Of a stretch of 64,000 bases of DNA, positions 50,681-64,000 are shown one piece after another. A model generated the notes under the pieces. It was given only the letters and a program-made list of their open reading frames with translations. It was not told where the DNA came from and searched no databases. This DNA comes from the human T2T-CHM13v2.0 reference genome, Homo sapiens. The first letter of the stretch is position 1; the number at the start of each line of letters is the position of its first letter. The stretch lies in NCBI RefSeq assembly GCF_009914755.1, contig NC_060942.1; one strand, given 5' to 3'. The translations under genes and the position numbers were made by a program.

Positions 50681-51137
50681 GGGACAGTGGAGAATATGTG
50701 TTTTTTGATGATAGAATAGCATCCTCAGCTTTCTTCCTGTCTGAGAAATTGGAAGCCCAGAAGCCTTTTTACACATACAATAGGCTAGTACAACTTTTGC
50801 TAATACGTCTCTCTCAAAAACTTTGTGGGTTTTCTGTGTATCTGTTTCCAGTTAACTCTATTTGCCCAAAAATATACTCACAATTATTTTTAATACATCA
50901 TTTTCTCTATACTTAATTACAAGTATTTTAAGCATATTGCATCTGTGGGACCATGCCCCTAAATATTATAGATGCTGTTTTTGTCAGTAAGACAGCCTAC
51001 TGAAATCATCTAGAGATGGCTACACTCTTGCCTTGGTCTTTGATACGGGGCTATAACCTAATTTGAAAATCTAGTGGCTGGAGAAGCTGGAGAAGGGAAA
51101 GAGTTCAGTGTTTTAGTTAATAAGCTTTTGGTTTTCT

Positions 51138-51561
51138 TTTCTTTTTTTTTCTCTTTTCAATGAAAGCAAGTTTATTAGGAAAGTAAAGGAATAAAAGAAT
51201 GGCCACTCTGTAAACAGAGCATGGTTATTTTTTTGGTTATTTCTTGATTATATGTGAAACAAAGGGTGGATTACTTATGCTTCCCCTTTTTAGACCATAG
51301 AGGGTAACTTCCTGACGTTGCCATGGCATTTGTAAACTGTCATGGTACTAATGGGAGTGTAGCAGTGAGGATGACCAGAGGTCATACGTTGCCATCTTGG
51401 TTTTGGTGGGTTTTGGCCGACTTCTTTACTGCAACCTGTTTTATCAGCAAGGTCTTTGTGACTTGTATCTTGTGCCAACCTCCTATCTCATCCTATGACT
51501 TAGGATGCCTTAACCATCTGGGAATGCAGCCCAGTAGGTCTCAGCCTTATTTTACCCAGCC
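51138..51561 (-). mobile_element. MER41-family LTR fragment (U3-R only) with A tail and 15-bp TSD
   Basis: MER41 motifs (GGCTGGGTAAAATAAGGCTGAGACC, AAATGCCATGGCAACGTCAGGAAGTTACC). AATAAA at 51176-51171. TSD agcttttggttttct at 51123-51137 and 51562-51576. Confidence 0.85.
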
Positions 51562-52278
51562 AGCTTTTGGTTTTCTATGTTCCCTCTCATTCTGCTTGCC
51601 AAGGTGTCCAGTTGTTTTCTGAGGTTGTGCCTTTCTCATAGAGCCTTTCCAAATGCAGCTAAAAGCAACTGATTGACACTTTCAACATTTTGCCTGGAAA
51701 CCATGAGGCACAGGTTCACATATTTATTTTCTTTCTTTATCTCAGGTGACAGTGGTAGCCATCTTTTGGTTACTATGTAACACAAGTTGTTATATTTCTA
51801 GCCACCCATAACAGGCGTTATGGGTGGAACAATAATAGTTTTCTCACAAATTGTCCAGCCTCCTATGAAGTTTCTTTGTCTTCTGTTGTCCTATACCCAA
51901 ATCAATACCACACATGTTAGCTTTTCATTTTAGCATTTTATGCAAATAAAGCCATGTAATTCTTGCAACTTTACAAGACAGGTACTGTTATTACTCTTTT
52001 TGTGGCTGAGAAAATGGGGACTCTCCTCTGATACAGGAGTTTTGATATTAATAGATATCCAATAGATTTTGCTAGATAAAATGAATAAGCAAATACTTTT
52101 TCTGATTAATCCTAATACTTGAATATTTCATTCATATTTCAACATATTTAAATACTTTTTTGAAATTTAATGTATGTTCACTGGACTGAAAAATGTTTCT
52201 TTGATCTTGTTTGTTTATTTCTTTATACATCTTATGTTTTTCTTGCCTGACAGCTTTCCTCTAGTTAAGGTAGGCTAC

Positions 52279-52382
52279 ATTGTTTTCTTGGAACCAGTAT
52301 TTCTTGAAAATATTGTTTTCTTGGAACCAGTATTTCTTGAAAATATTGTTTTCTTGGAACAAAAATACTTCTTGAAAATATT
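52279..52382. repeat. 33-bp tandem repeat, ~3 copies
   Basis: Unit attgttttcttggaaccagtatttcttgaaaat at 52279, 52312 and 52345; the third copy is diverged. Confidence 0.95.
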
Positions 52383-52500
52383 CTCAGAGGAAGAGAGTAT
52401 ACAGATATAGAGAATAAAAACAGTAGTCTGAATAGTGTCAGAAATTACAGTAACAATTAAATTATGATTACAGATTTAAAGATAATCCCAAAAGTCTTCT

Positions 52501-53565
52501 TCTTCTCACTGCTGGTACTGCAAATGAGGTTAACATCCATTCACAGTTGTACTACCACTGAAGGTTCCTGGTGATTCTCCATATCTGTGCTATATATGTA
52601 TGCCTTTCCAGACTAGAAACAATTTCAAAATAAATTTGTTTTTGGTGTTGATATTTTGCAAATGTTTTAATTTTCCTATTATACTGCAAAACTCTCATTT
52701 TTCATGATATAAGAGAATTAATGAAGCAAAGTAAATATTTGGATTTTATTTTTGGCTATGAATTTCCCTAACTATAAATAGCAAGTAGTATATGCAGTAT
52801 TTGTTCAGCACCAGATGACTCACAAGAGATAGAATATACAGTTCTGCTTTTGATAACAGTCCAAATAATGTACAGTTCTATTTTTGATAACATTTCAATA
52901 CAATTGAAGGGAAGACTAAGACTATTAATGCTAAATAACTGCAGAATTATGGCCATATAAATTTATTCGTGTGGGCTGAGAAAGGAGATATACTATGGAT
53001 AAGAAAGGAGAGATGAAGTATTCAAAGTATCTTTCTTAGTACTGATGGGATGTGAACATATTGATAAATTTGTTATGAATAGGTGGAAGAAGGTGAACAT
53101 GTGCTAGAGTATATGCCAGAGGCAATAATGCACCTTGTATTTTGGTATATAAATTGGGGCACTAACTGCTACAGAGCAGCACATTTGAAGCAGGAGTGAA
53201 GTCTGGAGTAATGCCATAAATTGGTACCTAGCACTGGCTGGGTGAATAGTAGCAACTAAATAAATATAGTAGGAGGGAAATGACTGAAATAATGCATTAT
53301 GGGGAGAAAAGAATCAACTTTTGTTGGGCTTTGACTGCCAGATCAAAAAGTTAGATTTGATGTCATATGTGATGGGGAACTTTTTTTTTTTTTTCCACTC
53401 AGAGTTATTAGGAACTAACACTTAGCTCATCTCCCAGGTTAGACACATGGAAATCAGCTTTTCTCTCTTCTCTATCTTCTCACTGCTGGTACTGCAAATT
53501 AGGCTAACATCCGTTCACAGCTGTATTACCATGGAAGGTCCCTGGTGATTCTCCATATCTGTGCT
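52501..53565. repeat. Dispersed ~91-bp direct repeat (52501-52591 and 53475-53565)
   Basis: tcttctcactgctggtactgcaaat...ggtgattctccatatctgtgct occurs twice at ~90% identity, offset 974 bp. Confidence 0.92.
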
Positions 53566-54719
53566 GTATGCTCTTCTTGGGTTAAACAGTGCTGGCAAAA
53601 CTTCACTATTGCTTGACAATATACGAAGGTTCCATATTGCCTTTAAGGTACATTTTAATCTTCATACTTTAAAAGCCTATACTGTCTGTTTTTTATTTTC
53701 CACTAGTTTTCCATATCTCCCTGCAGACCTTTTTTCTTCAGTAATTATGTGTACCCTGGTTGTTCCCAGTTCACACCAAAGTTTGTTCTAGACTAAGTTA
53801 ATTTATTCATTGTAATTTCTCAGTCCAGAAGGCCATTCTCTTCTTTCAAACTTACCTCACTTATTAATTTTTTTCACCTGTTGCTCCTTGAGTTTTAAAA
53901 AATGGTTTCAGAATGCCTTTATCCCATTTCCCTAACTACCAGACCTAATTAATACACATATTGAAGAAATGTTAAGACTATAGTTCCTTTCCATGTCTTT
54001 GTGCAAATCATATACATAAATAAATAAGTAGTGAGTGGGTGAACAGAGCTGGGTTCATTGCAGGAATTTGATACACTGTATGTTGATTTATGGCTAAGTA
54101 GAGAGGCAGAAAGCAAATGAATCAGCCTCATTGAGTTGAGGAAGGTGAGACTTGTACCCACTGTTAGGCACTGGAGTTAAAATTCTATAATGATTCCAAT
54201 CTACTGCATGAATAGGAAGCTCCAGTTTGAATATATATGATGTTCTTGTATTATTATGACACGCTTGTCTTACATCCTCCACTCCAGCAGTGTTTTCCCA
54301 TGAAGCCTATCATTGCATTTACCTGCTGCTGTTCCCTGATACCTGGAACTGCTTATCATCCTCATCATTTGATGTCACATTTTCCTTTATGACTTTCACT
54401 GGTTTAAACTTTATAACTCTTACAATATCTATTAAATTTTCTTTTTTAGCTTTATTGAGGTATAATCGACAGATAAAAGATTGCACATATTTAATTCATA
54501 CTTCCTGATGAGTTTGGATATAAGCATACACACGTGAAACCAGAACCACAACCAAGATACTAATTATATGCATTACCTCCCCAAATTTTCTTGTGTGTCT
54601 GTGTTTCCCCCAATTTTCTCTCTATTTTTTCTTGATAGTATAGATCAGGTTAGCCTGGAAAGTAACAATCTTCAAAGGGATAAAAAAAGGAAGTTCTGCA
54701 ATTTTTTTCCCCTCAGCAA

Positions 54720-55120
54720 TTTGAGTCATTTTCATTGTTTGGGAAAGCCAACACTGTAATAGCTCAAGTGAATAAAATGCCTCCCTGTCATTTACAGAAT
54801 CTATGCCTAAGCTCAGAGCCCTGATGAGTCATGCTGAGTCACTGTAGGATGAGTGTCCGCTCCATCTCAGCTGATACCGCTGACCGTTTGTCCTCATAAC
54901 TCTCTAGGTAAAGGTTGACTTAACCTAGCACACTGTAAAGCCACGTCATCCTAGGTGCAGCCTAGCTTCAACGTTTCCCTCCGGCACATGAAACTAATGA
55001 AGTTTCCACTTAAGCTCTCAGCCTTTGCAAAGTGTCTTGATGACCCAGCTTTTAATCATATGTAAATGTGTTTTTAAAAGTCACCTGCTTATGCTTTTGG
55101 AACTATTTGACTCAGTGACT
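54720..55120. promoter_or_regulatory. Candidate enhancer: AP-1/ARE motif cluster
   Basis: TGASTCA at 54722, 54825, 54835 and 55108. TGCTGAGTCAC at 54832-54842. ACGTCA at 54943. Sequence appears unique (non-repeat). Confidence 0.5.
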
Positions 55121-55704
55121 CTCTACTCAGTGAATGTTTATAAAAGTGCAGGAATGTTGGTCACCACCCATCCCTTGGTGTTTCCACGGAGAATGATGAA
55201 AATGGTCAGCAGCTGAGACTACGCACAATGTGCCCTGCTGTCTCCAAGAGCCACATCTGCCCCCTGTTCTGCTGCTCGGTCTGACTTTAAGCATTTGGGT
55301 GACTGGAAGGTGGGCTAGGACACTAGACATGTGAATGGGGACAAATGGACAAAAGATTCCTCATATACTTACATCAAAAAAATAGGGATACTGATCTTGA
55401 TCTTTTGAAAAACATACAGATTCTCCTCTCCATCCTTTTAAGACTTTCTTACCAAAACTTCAGAAATATACATATTAAATTCTACCTTTTCTGTATATGC
55501 ATATATAGAATAAATTATGGAAGAAAAGATACCCGATGTTAATAATGGTTAATTCTATGTGGTAGATTAACCACATAGATTTTAATTTTTTTGTTATATA
55601 CAGGGGATTTTAATTTTTTTCTTATACATTTCTCTCTTATACATTTGCTTTTTTCTTATACATTTCTTTCTTTTGTGTATTTTTGAATGATTAGAAAAAT
55701 AGTA

Positions 55705-56073
<369 letters not shown>

Positions 56074-56231
56074 TTATTACCAAAGTGACAGAGCTGCATA
56101 CCCACCAGGTGGCAGATAACAAAATCAAAATTTGAATTGTTGAAGCTTCACATATGATTCTGATCATCAGTTTTGGAAACCACTGCTTTATGCATGTGAC
56201 TTTATTAAATTTCTAACTGAAGTGCGCTGCC

Positions 56232-56851
<620 letters not shown>

Positions 56852-56910
56852 TTATAGTAGCACAGTCTTGCTGCACACAATTAGTACCTTAAACAAAGAG
56901 TGCAACTTAA

Positions 56911-57366
<456 letters not shown>

Positions 57367-57906
57367 TAAAAATAAATAATTTTAATGCTCCTCTCTTATA
57401 TTTGTCTTTTATTGTCAGCTTCTTCAACTTTTTTCGGAAGTGAGAGATACAAGCAACAAACATACAAGCAGATATTCGATATTACTTGCTTTGTCTATTG
57501 TATGGAGAATGTATTTTTAATAATAACTGCTCCATAAAAGTGCAATAGACATAAAATGTAATATTTAAATGTTTTTTCCAACTTGGCTTTGGATATTCAA
57601 TTTTTGCATTAAAAATTATCACCATTTTTATTTCTTTTGATCTTTTAATTCTCTGCTGTTTTATTCAGCACTGTTTAATTTAAAGCATACATAAATTATT
57701 ATCTCAATTGCCAGGGACATCTTGAACATTAATTTGCATTTTTATTGGTGGAATAAAAATATAAATGAAATTAGTACAAAATTCTGCTAGTGAGTTCTCT
57801 ATTTAGAGAAGCGAACGTATACTATAAGAAACAAAATCATTAGGATTTAATGTAGAGAAGACAAAGTTTTAAAGAAAACTTTACAGCTTTGGTGTGATTC
57901 ACATGT

Positions 57907-58076
57907 ACAATTGACTCTTGAACAACTTGGGGATTAGGAGTACCAAACATCTGAAAATCCACGTATAAGTTTTGATTCCCCAGAAATCTAACTACTAATA
58001 GCCTAAGTTGACAGGAAGCCTTACCAATAATATAAACTATCAATTAACACATATTTTGTAGGTTGTATGTATTATA
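57907..58076. mobile_element. Tigger2-family terminal fragment
   Basis: caattgactcttgaacaac TIR-like end; actactaatagcct motif. Confidence 0.7.
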
Positions 58077-58324
58077 TTTCTTCAAGTCTTCAAAGACTTG
58101 AAGAAAGCAAGGGGGTGCAGCAGATATTTGATGGAGAAATATTCTAGGCATTGAAGATGACCAGTGCAAAACCTAAGGCATGCTTGGTGTGTTTGAGGAA
58201 TAGCAAGAATGCCAGTGTGGCTGGCATAGAGCAAAAGGGAGAGTATTAGGGGATGAGCTCAGGACTCTGAGAAAGCAAGGGAACCCCACTGGAAGGATCT
58301 GGGGAGAGAAAGTGACATGGTCAA

Positions 58325-58667
58325 TGATATGATTTCACTGTGTGCCCCACCCCCATATTTCACCTTGAATTGTAACGATACCCACATATTAAAGGTGGGG
58401 GCAGATGGAGATAATTGAATCATGGGGGTGGTTTCCCCCATACTGTTCTCATGGTAGTGAATCAATCTCACAAGATCTGATGGTTTGATAAATGGGAGTT
58501 CCCCTGCACAAGCTCTATTGCTTGCCGCCATGTAAGATGTGACCTTCCTCCATGAGTGTGAAGCCTCCCCAGCTATGTGGAACTTTGAGTCAATTAAACT
58601 TCTTTCCTTTATAAATTACCAAGTCTTGGGTATGTCTTTATTAGCAGCATGAGAACAGACTAATACA
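58325..58667 (+). mobile_element. THE1-type solo LTR inserted in an L2 remnant
   Basis: tgatatg...gagaacagactaataca termini. Confidence 0.88.
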
Positions 58668-59156
58668 GTCTGACTTCTGATTTAAATAGAATCTATTTGG
58701 CTGTCATTCAAATTGAATCCTGGAAATGACTTTTGACTCTTCCTTTCTTCCTTAATTTCTGATTCCAACCAACCACTAAGCCACCCAGTTCTGTCTTCTT
58801 AACACCTCTTGTGTTTGTCCATCCACTGCACTTCCATTCATGGTATCTTAATTTACACGTGGCTCCTCCTAGATTATCACAATTGATAGATGGTGAGATG
58901 CCTTCTTTCTGCTCCTGTCTTTAGGCCCTTTGCTTGAATGTACTTTATCATGTTTCTATTTCAAAATAACTTCAAAATTTATGCTATTTGGAATTATCTT
59001 ATACTTGGAAAGCATAAAAAGAAAAGAAGAATGGTATTAATTGCATGCTTTTATTGTATGAAATCCCTATTGGGTGATGAGAGAATCCATGGACGCTGAC
59101 AACACACTGGGAGAGATCTCAGGTTTCTGATTTCTTCTTGCACATTAAATAACAAA

Positions 59157-59432
<276 letters not shown>

Positions 59433-61554
59433 CTATCTCCCCTACTCCTTTTGTTCTGTTTATCTGGGCAAAAGTTATTGTCTTCATGTGTGATATGGTT
59501 TTCAAACTATTTAATAACTAATATTATAAAACTCCAGTTTATCTTGGAGTACCTGTAAGGGAAGAAAAAATTATTCTAATGTAATTCCTTACTTTATAGG
59601 ACTTGCAAAAGGAAATGGAATGGTAGAGTACTAGATTTAAAATTGTGGTATTCATATTTATATTTATAATATTGTATTTACAAATACAACATTATTATAA
59701 TATTATGTTAAAAACACATTACAAATTTCATTAATTTGCTTTACTTATTTAATTATAAATTCTGGTTTATATTTCTCCATTACCTTCCCAAATTTGTACT
59801 TTTTCAGTCGACCTAGCCTAACTGTGGTTTTAGCAAAATTATTCGGCATTATTTTGGCAAATATTAAGAACAAACTTTTAAGGTTCTGAATCTTTTAATT
59901 TTATACACAACATATATTAACTAGAATAAGAATGATTTGCAGTAGATAATTCATCAATTAAAAGCCATTCGTCCAAGGATTCCATTAGTGTTCTGGAAAC
60001 CTGTATTTACATTTTCTACCACTCTCTGTATCTCCCTATCTCTCTCTCTGTTTCTCTCGCCATCTCTATTTCTAGCTCTCTCTCTCTCCATTTCTTTCTT
60101 TTACTCCCTCCCTCCTCTGTGTCCCTCTCTTTCCTCCTCTTTATCCAACTATATCGAGCCTACTCCCTATTGAATCATCTTGCGTACTGCTCCAAGGTGA
60201 TTTTCTTTGTGTGTGTGCTGTTCTATTTTCCCAGAATACCCTTGTTTTTCAAGAGTAAAGTATTTGTCCTTTAAGAATAAGACTAAACTGAAACAAGTAT
60301 TCCTCTGTGAAGAATTCTCAGACTTATCTGAGGAGAGCTGTCTACTCCCTCCCGTTTGCTACATTTCTGAAGCATTTGGATATGAGTATCTTGTCATACC
60401 ATATTGAGAACTGGTTCAATCTGAAAATCTGTCTTTTTCATTTCTGAAACCTCACTACATATTACGACTCAATGTCTGTCAGTTGAATAAAGGAATAGTG
60501 AGAAAATAGCATTAAAGGTTGACTATCCAAATTTGATGATATTAAATAACTATCACAAATTTTGATTTCCAAGATTCCTTTTTTTTCTCTCATTTAACTT
60601 GTTTTAGATATCTTACCAACTTCTGTGTTGTCATGGAATGTAAAGTAATTTTGATAAGTTGCTAAATAGAAGCATATTAAAGGTAAAATTATAGGAAACA
60701 ATGATGTTCTCTCTTGTAAGTTTCAGACCTATCAGTCTTCTATATATCCTCTCTCATCTGTAGTCTGGCTTTATTTTCAATAAATGGTTGGTCTGGGACT
60801 CCCAGTCTAATATCCTAGATGAGGAACAAGCTGAGTTTGGGCACAGATTGCTATTATAGTTTTGATTTGGTCTGTTACCCTTAATTGAGAAAAGTCTAGT
60901 TTATGATTAATTTATATTTGATTTCTAGACACTGATTATAAAAATACATTTAGAATTTAACTCCTTAGAGTTTATTGATCTTTGATTTCTTAAGTCCATT
61001 TTAGATCAATTTTAGAATATATTGATCTTTATTTCCTTAGACAGGGACCTTCTATGTGCCAATCTTGATGATGCTGATTTGTATTCCAAATCTTTTGTGC
61101 TCTAGAGAGGCTTTTATTGCAATACTACCATGACAACCAGGGTGAAAAGGAACAGAGCCTTGCAGATGAAATTCCGGAACAGAGTTTTATAAATAGTGCT
61201 GTGTCCTAGGTCTCCTTAATTTTAGATTTTGTTTTTATAACTCAATAGTTTTTAGAAGAACTGAAGGTATGGCTTCCTGCCACAGCAAATATTTATATCC
61301 ACAAAGCACAGGTTTTAAGTACTGGAAATGATTCAAAGTGGCATTTTAAGTTCTAATTTACATGTTCTTCAGCAGTCAGTCTTATTAACAGATGAAATGA
61401 CTTTTCATTTATGTAAGACAAAAAATCAAATTATTTACTTTTGTAGCAACATATGAACTTTGCAACTTAGATGTCCTACAGGTAACGAAATGTATATGGA
61501 TTGCATCCTAATCAATAGCACTGAAAGATGAAAAGCCAGTCTTTAGACTCAGTT

Positions 61555-62075
61555 TCTGTTACCCGTTTCTGCAAAACAAACATAACTGATGGCTTAGTAG
61601 CTTAAAACAGCAACTATTTAATCATATCTTCAAGGTGTGCATGTTAACTACGCTCCACTGGGAGCTTCTCTACATGATGTTGACTGGCACTGGAGTCATC
61701 TGAGGGCTCCCCTGGGCTGGAATCTCCAAAGTGGAACACTCACATGATTGCTAGTGGGCGCTGACTGTTGACTCAGGAATCTTGCTCTTCTCCATGTGGC
61801 TTCTCTTTTTGGCTTGGTCTTGCCATGACATGGTGGCTAGATTCCAAGAGGAGGTAAGTGGAAGGTATCCTCTTCTTAAGGCCAGGGTTCAGAAAGTCAC
61901 TTCCACTGCATTCGGTTGGGCACAGTGGCCTGATCTCTTTCCAGGGAAGACCTCTTTCTAGGTGGAGGGGGGCGGGGGGCGGTGAAATTATCTCTGTCTC
62001 TCAATGTGGAGTGATACATATGAACAGGGAAGGCAGGAATTGATGGTAGCTATTTCTGGAGATGATATATCACAG
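61555..62075. mobile_element. Old MLT1-type LTR
   Basis: cttagtagcttaaaacag...ttctccatgtggc...gtcacttccactgcatt motifs. Confidence 0.55.
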
Positions 62076-62284
62076 ACCCCTAATAGAACTCTCTAGGATA
62101 ATAGCAGTTTTATCTGACCAGCTGTTTAGCTCTCTTTAAAACCTAGTTGGTATTGCTATTATTTAAGGAAGTTGATGGTTTAGGCTATTTTTCTATAGAA
62201 TTAGTAAATGAGGGTTTGTGAAGCTTCTGAAAATGTACGCAGGATTTTGTACAGTGGTAATTTTGGGGTGGTGGTGGTGAAAGA

Positions 62285-62530
62285 AGCAGTAGTACTTGGT
62301 AATCAAATGTCTTAGGCTTAGGAGTCTCACGTAATTTTCCTATTAATTTAGGTGGTGCAACTTATGGATGTATTACTTTGGGTTAACTAGTTAGCCTCTC
62401 TAAGCCTCAGTTTCTTTATTGATGAAATGGGCATAATAATATATGTATTTCATTGATTGTTGTAAGTCAATACATGTAAAGATCTTAGCACAGGGCTTGG
62501 CACATAGTCATGGTCCAATAAATTTTTTTT
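62285..62530 (+). mobile_element. MIR
   Basis: cctctctaagcctcagtttc...aaatgggcataataat...cttagcacagggcttggcacatagt core. Confidence 0.8.
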
Positions 62531-63082
62531 ATTAACATCATTCTCAATAAGTCAGTGAGCACCAGAAGGAGGAATACCATGGCCCTCTGTTTTCTGAGCA
62601 CAAACCCTAAATTAGAGGATCAGAAATTCACATTCTTGGACTAAATTTCTTAAGACTCCAATTGAAGTACTTTCGTAAACTATGATAGAACAGGATGATT
62701 TCAGGTTGAATCAGGTATTGATATAAGAAATGGGCAGGAAAAGAGTTTCCATGTATTTAAACTTGACTTTGGAAGTATTGTTTGTCCTGTGGCCCTAGTG
62801 CCTATAAAGTTTGATAAGATAGGGTAGTGGGATGGGAAAAGATTTGCTCAGTCTTAAAGAACTTGTAAAAATTCCCCAGTCTACATGTGGAAGGTAGAAT
62901 ATAGAGAAGGATCCTGGGATTGATTTAAGGAGTGGGCAGAGAATAGCTGCAGACCGTGGAGCAAAAGGGAAAATGAAAAGCATCCTTGGCAAATGCAGTG
63001 TTGGGAACCAGAGACAGAGTAAGATGGCAGCATGACATTTCAGCTGTGTATATTTCACCCCTCAGTTCACCACCCACAGTTC

Positions 63083-63163
63083 CCAAGCCCTGTGCTAACA
63101 TCTTTACATGTATTGACTTACAACAATCAATGAAATACATATATTATTATGCCCATTTCATCA
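63083..63163 (-). repeat. 81-bp inverted copy of 62420-62500
   Basis: 80/81 identical reverse complement. Confidence 0.95.
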
Positions 63164-63827
63164 CCCCTTAACACCCATATAAATGCTTTCTCCAGATGAT
63201 CTTCTTGTTTATCTTCTTGGTCCTCTTTTCTTTTCTCTTGTCTCCTTGTTCTTTTATTCACCTGACCTTTTAATTTTCTCTGATTCTTACCTGACTGAAT
63301 CCTCAGGCCAGTATACTGACAACCTCTTGGACATGTGCTTTAGGACTGCTAACTGTGGCCCATATCAATTGTATTAGCCAGGGTCAATTATGGAAGCAAA
63401 AACCCTCTGAAGGTTATGGCTTAGAGATGTATTATTGGGATAAAACCTTACTGGCAAAGTGGGGAAATAAGGTTCCAAAGAGGGAATTGGAGGATCAAAG
63501 AAAAGTTGGTAACCAGCTCTGAAGCATGGCATGGGAGGACAAGTCAGAGCTTGCAAAAACTCTGGGAAGCCAGGCAGTTTTGCTGGGATGGGATCATGTT
63601 GCTTCTGTGTCTGGTGGTGGTTCTTGGGTCGCTCTTGAACACAGCCTGGCAACTGGGAAGAAGAGCTGAAGTGGAGGAGAGTGAGACGACCTGGAATCTA
63701 TTGGTACCTCTGCTTTGTCTCTTGCTATATCTACCACATTGACCCTATGGAGTAATGGCTGCTACTTCACTTCTGGCATCCAAATCTCACTCAGAATTCC
63801 TTGTCAGCTAAGTCTAACTTACAGTTC

Positions 63828-64000
63828 TGATATGGTTTGGCTGTGTCCCCACCCAAGTCTCATCTTGAATTGTAGTTCCCATAATCCCCACGTGTGGTGG
63901 GAGGGACTCGGTGGGAGGTAACTTAATCCTGGGGGTGGTTTCCCCCATGCTATTCTTGTGATAGTGAGTAAGTTCTCACAAGATCTGATGATTTCATAAG
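63828..64000 (+). mobile_element. MSTA/THE1D-type LTR running off the window end
   Basis: tgatatggtttggctgtgtccccacccaagtctcatcttgaattg. Confidence 0.88.

Noticed and set aside
52279-52382. 33-bp repeats resembling a CRISPR array or coding repeat (IVFLEPVFLEN)
   Set aside because: There are no spacers, the context is eukaryotic, and the ORF is a by-product of a unit length divisible by 3.
60020-60145. Long pyrimidine-rich tract
   Set aside because: Degenerate CT microsatellite; no supported exon follows it.

Overview
Primate, most likely human, repeat-dominated intergenic DNA; an AluYa5-type element and L1PA2 elements support human. No spliced cellular gene is visible. The window holds two processed pseudogenes on the minus strand (ENTR1/SDCCAG3 at ~10.3-11.9 kb, SINHCAF/FAM60A at ~15.3-18.6 kb) and a U6 snRNA pseudogene (~19.6 kb). 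It also holds a full-length L1PA2 (30.6-36.7 kb; ORF1 intact, ORF2 inactivated, 41-bp 3' transduction), many older L1s, ~20 Alus, MaLR and MER41 LTRs, and hAT/Tigger DNA transposon fossils. From memory (not verified), this pseudogene trio matches ENTR1P1 / FAM60CP / RNU6-567P in the gene desert between PMAIP1 and MC4R at 18q21.32. I found no new coding system. The most interesting signals are mechanistic and regulatory: a MER41 LTR transcript retroposed by L1 machinery, a recent 81-bp inverted templated insertion, an orphan 50-bp A-tailed insert, the L1 3' transduction, two twin-priming inversions, a nearly intact ENTR1 retrocopy behind a co-oriented LTR, a 3x STAT5-type GAS tandem repeat, and an AP-1/ARE motif cluster. 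Repeat subfamily calls were made by eye and should be confirmed with RepeatMasker/Dfam.
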